In this document: in pieces, positions 60,191 through 64,000 of the stretch
How the letters are laid out: the number at the start of each line of letters is the position of its first letter
How positions within the stretch are numbered: position 1 is the first letter of the stretch
NCBI GenBank assembly: GCA_037443945.1
Contig: JBBINH010000015.1
Location: forward strand, 4,475-68,474
Origin: Caldilineales bacterium
GTDB lineage: Bacteria > Chloroflexota > Anaerolineae > J102
DNA length: 64,000 bases
Direction of reading: 5' to 3'
Translations under genes and position numbers: made by a program
Notes under the pieces: generated by a model
What the model was told of the DNA's origin: nothing
The model's input: only the letters and a program-made list of their open reading frames with translations
Databases searched by the model: none

Positions 60191-62770
60191 TCAAGTTGCA
60201 GCGATACCGATCACGCGCTGCAAGCAGATATCGATCAAAGGCGTTGCCTCTGCCAACGCGTTGGGGAGATCGAGCACGGCCTGCAGTTTGCCCGAAGCAA
60301 AGGGTTCCACCTTCAACGGCAGGTCACGCAATCGGTCGGGGGAGATGGCCAGGGCCAACCGCATCTTGTCAGGGCGATCCACAGGCCGAAAGAACAAGGC
60401 CACAAGGCCGCCATCGGCGGCATGAACCTCACATCGTCGGCTCTGAATGTGGACATCCAGCGCCGGCCATCGTCGACGCACGTACTCGGCCATGGTCCAC
60501 AGCGGTTCGGCGGGTGTTTCATCCCTCTGCCGGGGGTCGGCGCCGAACAACAGGGCCGGTAGAGGTTCGGCGCCGTCCAGATAGGCTTCCAGCTCGTGCA
60601 ATAACCGCAAGGCCTCACCGTAGAGCAGAAGCGTATGTTCGAAGAATCGCACGCGTGCGGCCAGGAGCAAGAGACGAACGCTTGTCGCCAACCATAGGCG
60701 TGGCTTCCAGTATTCCGTATCGCGTAATCGACGGGCCTCCTGTTCGATTTGGCTAAAAATGGCCTGTTGGAAATATCGCGTTAGAGGACGCAAGAAAAGA
60801 TTCTTTTCTTCCACAGTTACTACATACGTATCACCACGCCGATGATGGCGAATCTTATCCAAGCTTATATAACCTGCCATTTCCGGATTACGAATATAAC
60901 GATATAAACATGCATCTTCTAATAGTATAGCATAATCATCGATATAATCGCCATTTTGGTTCATATGATCTAAATCAATAAAAAATACCTTTATTTTAGA
61001 ATTATCTGTTCTAGAGTCATCGATCATGATATTACGTGTATGACAGTCTCCGTGGACTAATCCTATTGTTGACGGCCGCAAAATACGAACATGTTTCTGC
61101 AAAACGCGCAAATAATGATTAAGAGAAGAATAACAAAAATCGTTATACTCTAATTTCTGTAATTCTACACGAAATTGTGATTTATTACAAATAAACATTA
61201 AAGCAGTATTTTCTACAGGACTTAAGTACAATCGAGATAAATGATCACCAGGTAGGTTATCACGACTCTTGCGAAAACTTGTACAATTATGCAATTTTCT
61301 AAGAGATTCTCCTAAAGCGACGATAATGTTTTCGAGTCTATTGCGATGACTCTGTGCCAAAGCAATGCGATCGATGTTCGCTAAAAAGGTCTCAAGGGTC
61401 TTTTTGTCCTTCAGATCCTCCATGATGAGATAACCCTGTCCCTCCTCGGTGGTCGAAAGCGCGATCGGAGGGTGGCCGTGGGTGGCAAACAAAGGGCGGA
61501 TCTCCGCCGGTAAGCGCCTGTATTCCTCTACGGCCCGACGGAGATCGGCGTAGCGTCCTCTCTTGACGATGATCTGCTGCGGTCGCGATTCGTAGACCAT
61601 GCCGGGATGCTCTTGACTGTAGCTCGGCAGGCGCACGAGAAACTCGACCTCAAAGACCTTTTCCGAACGCACCCCTCCACTGATGGCCTCAACCTGAAGG
61701 ATTTGGATCTGCAGTTGGCGGAGTAGGACCTCCTTCAATTCCTCCTTGAGTTTATGCTGAAGCGTATCGTAGGCGCGGCGATGGCTATCCTGATGCATCC
61801 GGAATAAGCGGCCGTAAATGGCCCGGTTGAGTTCAGAACCATGACGCGTCGCCAACAGACGCAAAACAAGGCAATGGAAGACGAAATCTTGGGTCGCTAA
61901 AGTACCGGATGCGCTGTACCCGCGATGCAGATGCATAATCGCTTCGGCAACCGTAGCCTCGGCATCGGGTTGGCCTTGAAAATGCTGGCAGAGCTGAATG
62001 GCGCAGTACAGAGGCTCGGAACCAAAGGCTGTCGTCTTTTGCACGACGGCAATAAGGCGATCCCGTACCTTTTGCAACGTATGCTCATCCTCGAGATACC
62101 CGTAGCGCTTCAAGATGTCGAAGGCATAGCTCAGCTCCTGCCAGGAGTGGAAAGGATCGGGCTTCTGGGAATGGTATTCCCAATCCTGCCAGGCCTTCCG
62201 GATGGCTTGCAGGGCGCGTTCGCAACGTTGACGTATCCCGCGAGACAGCGAGGTGGACTGGGCATGCCGATTGAGCCAGTAGAGGGTATCGAGATAGATG
62301 AGGGTCGCCAGATAGGGGCGCGGCAAATCAAGAAGGTCTTGACGCCATCGGCGGTCGAGGGTGTGGAAGTCCTCCCATAAATGTTCATCCTTGAAATGAT
62401 TGGTCCAGGCCAGGGTTTTGAAGCGGCTGGGGTTGAAACGAGGGGAGTTCTCCCACTCGAAATCACCCCGATCGGGGCTTTCGGAAACATTGACCAGCCA
62501 GGCCACGCCGTTTTGCAGAGGTTCCTGCAAGGGCGATGAAGGTCCCAACAGATGAAAAGCCTCCACAGCGTGACAGACATTGCGCAGCATTTTTTGGGGC
62601 TCGCGATCAACCCAGGCTCCACTTTCCGGATCCTGAGTGATGCAGAGGAAATCGATCACATACATGGCCAAGCTGGCATCTTGCTCCAGGGTAGAAGCGC
62701 CGCTTGCCTGGAAGGGATACATCTCCCAAAAGGCATGAAAATTGGGAGGGTAAAAGGTGGAAGTGCTCAT
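60191..62770 (-). CDS. Large multidomain protein with APH/protein-kinase-like catalytic core
   Basis: 859-aa continuous ORF. 'LVHGDCHTRNIMIDD' (HGDxxxxN catalytic loop) and 'FFIDLDHM' (DFG-equivalent IDLD). The N-terminal ~400 aa and C-terminal ~180 aa are unassigned. Confidence 0.7.
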   Translation of the reverse strand: MSTSTFYPPNFHAFWEMYPFQASGASTLEQDASLAMYVIDFLCITQDPESGAWVDREPQKMLRNVCHAVEAFHLLGPSSPLQEPLQNGVAWLVNVSESPDRGDFEWENSPRFNPSRFKTLAWTNHFKDEHLWEDFHTLDRRWRQDLLDLPRPYLATLIYLDTLYWLNRHAQSTSLSRGIRQRCERALQAIRKAWQDWEYHSQKPDPFHSWQELSYAFDILKRYGYLEDEHTLQKVRDRLIAVVQKTTAFGSEPLYCAIQLCQHFQGQPDAEATVAEAIMHLHRGYSASGTLATQDFVFHCLVLRLLATRHGSELNRAIYGRLFRMHQDSHRRAYDTLQHKLKEELKEVLLRQLQIQILQVEAISGGVRSEKVFEVEFLVRLPSYSQEHPGMVYESRPQQIIVKRGRYADLRRAVEEYRRLPAEIRPLFATHGHPPIALSTTEEGQGYLIMEDLKDKKTLETFLANIDRIALAQSHRNRLENIIVALGESLRKLHNCTSFRKSRDNLPGDHLSRLYLSPVENTALMFICNKSQFRVELQKLEYNDFCYSSLNHYLRVLQKHVRILRPSTIGLVHGDCHTRNIMIDDSRTDNSKIKVFFIDLDHMNQNGDYIDDYAILLEDACLYRYIRNPEMAGYISLDKIRHHRRGDTYVVTVEEKNLFLRPLTRYFQQAIFSQIEQEARRLRDTEYWKPRLWLATSVRLLLLAARVRFFEHTLLLYGEALRLLHELEAYLDGAEPLPALLFGADPRQRDETPAEPLWTMAEYVRRRWPALDVHIQSRRCEVHAADGGLVALFFRPVDRPDKMRLALAISPDRLRDLPLKVEPFASGKLQAVLDLPNALAEATPLIDICLQRVIGIAAT

Positions 62771-63266
62771 AAGAGAAACCCTGAATCACTGAAGGCAAAA
62801 AACTTGATTGTCTTAAGTAATATAACCAAGCAAAGCCGATTCTTGGGTCCTATGTCTCGTCAACAGTCGCACGATCTTGAAGAACGACTCTTCCCAACCC
62901 ACCCTACCGGACTACCTGCACCTCTGGGCAGCATGGGCGGCCTTCCGAAGATAGCCGTTTTCTTCCGGCCATGCTCCCCGGTGGGCCCATGGTAAACGAG
63001 GAAAGCAACTCTAGCCGTTCAGGCGCTTCTGCCGCTCTCTACCCCCTCCGCACCGGGCACGCTGGGGAAAGCACCGGTTACGAATCGGCGGCAGCCGGCC
63101 GGTGCTGTGCGGACACAACAGCCCATCCTGGTCTGTTGTGATGCCGACCCTTGCGCACTAAACCCCAAAGTCCACGGCAACGCCCATCAGGACGGCATGA
63201 CCACCCGCTGCCTCTCCCTACGGCATCAGCCCTTATAACGAATGTCTCGCAACGGCGGCGTGGTTT

Positions 63267-63650
63267 TCAGGTTGCCGAGGGCACTTGTGAGGAGTGATGA
63301 TGCACGATCGGTGCAGGCTTCGAAAGGTCAATCACGTAACTGAATCGCGCTTTGAGGCGCTGCTCTTCGCCCTCGACCAGAAAGCGCCATTCGTAAACGC
63401 CGCTCAAAATGAACGTGTTGTCGGACAGTTCCTGAAGGAGGAGGGTTTGCGGATCAAAAACAATATGCAAGCCCTGGCGCCGACCAAGCGACTCGAAATA
63501 GCCTTTGAGTTCGCCGGGCGTGTTCAAGGGTCGATCGGCAAAGGTGGGGATCAGTACGGCCTGGGGATCGTATAGCCCCAGCAAGGTTTGCAGGTCGCCC
63601 TGGTTGACGGCCTGTATCCATTGCGCAAACATCGTGCGTGCCTGTTCCAT
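63267..63650 (-). CDS. SnoaL/NTF2-like (DUF4440-like) small protein
   Basis: Start 'MEQARTMFAQWIQAVNQGDLQTLLGLYDPQAVL' is a typical NTF2-like cone-fold opening. About 128 aa. Confidence 0.45.
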   Translation of the reverse strand: MEQARTMFAQWIQAVNQGDLQTLLGLYDPQAVLIPTFADRPLNTPGELKGYFESLGRRQGLHIVFDPQTLLLQELSDNTFILSGVYEWRFLVEGEEQRLKARFSYVIDLSKPAPIVHHHSSQVPSAT

Positions 63651-63767
63651 GAGCAATCTCTCGCAACCGAAGAAGCATGACAAGCGGGTAGAGTATAGCA
63701 TAAGCCAACAATCGTAGGGGGTTTTGACCGGTATGGAAAAAAGGGACTACGATAGGGCTGCGATGAA

Positions 63768-64000
63768 ATCTGGGCTATGCTTTTGCCCGGGAGGTTGCTC
63801 GTTTCTCCGGATTGACTCCGGCTGCGTTGGACGCCCTCCCGGCGCAGGCGGGTACTGTCTGGTATGGCTTGCACCCCTGGATTGAAAGCGGCTTCAAAGA
63901 CCTCAAGCGAGGCGGCTGGCAATGGCACCAGACGCGCATTACCAACCCCCGACGCACCGAACGCTTCTGGCTTGTCTTGGCTGTGGCTACCCTCTGGGTC
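63768..64000 (+). mobile_element. IS4/IS701-like DDE transposase C-terminal fragment (relic), running off the window end
   Basis: The frame opens directly after a stop with no start codon. 'WYGLHPWIESGFKDLKRGGWQWHQTRITNPRRTERFWLVLAVATLW' carries the Y-x2-(R->H)-x3-E-x6-K block typical of IS4-family transposase C-termini. Confidence 0.5.

Overview
This is a gene-dense segment of a high-GC (about two-thirds G+C) bacterial chromosome with genes on both strands. I see no rRNA, tRNA or CRISPR arrays. The phylum is uncertain. The 3D/G5 YabE-like protein, LysM lipoprotein and Arg/Leu/Ala-rich proteome hint at a Chloroflexota-like thermophile, but that is only a weak inference. The many long high-GC 'shadow' ORFs antisense to real genes were discounted.

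Core content:
- A xanthine-dehydrogenase-family operon (FAD subunit plus a fused small/large subunit whose Fe-S domain has lost all its cysteines), with split xdhC accessory genes about 18 kb away.
- Housekeeping genes: gltX, tyrS, hisZ, rsmA, plsC, manA, a PBP1A, pruA and lutABC.
- A ChlI-like ATPase with a VWA partner.
- A DrrAB-type ABC exporter.
- Three tightly packed, divergent NuoL/N/MrpD-like membrane proteins.
- A partial System I cytochrome c maturation set (ccmH-ccmG-ccmF).

Two regions look accessory or novel:
1. A translationally coupled operon at 34.5-39.0 kb: FGE-like enzyme, MOP-family flippase, PqqD-family RRE and an asparagine-synthetase-like amidotransferase. It resembles a lasso-peptide B1/C core but has no B2 protease. 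An 8-bp tandem repeat lies upstream, and a glutamine amidotransferase lies downstream.
2. An island at 55.3-64 kb: DUF4062 (TIR-like) protein, a Clp ATPase with a degenerate D1 domain, and a minus-strand operon of a large APH/kinase-like protein, a P-loop NTPase and an SPFH protein. The kinase catalytic core is encoded by a roughly 0.6 kb low-GC stretch inside an otherwise high-GC ORF. The island ends in an IS4-like transposase relic.
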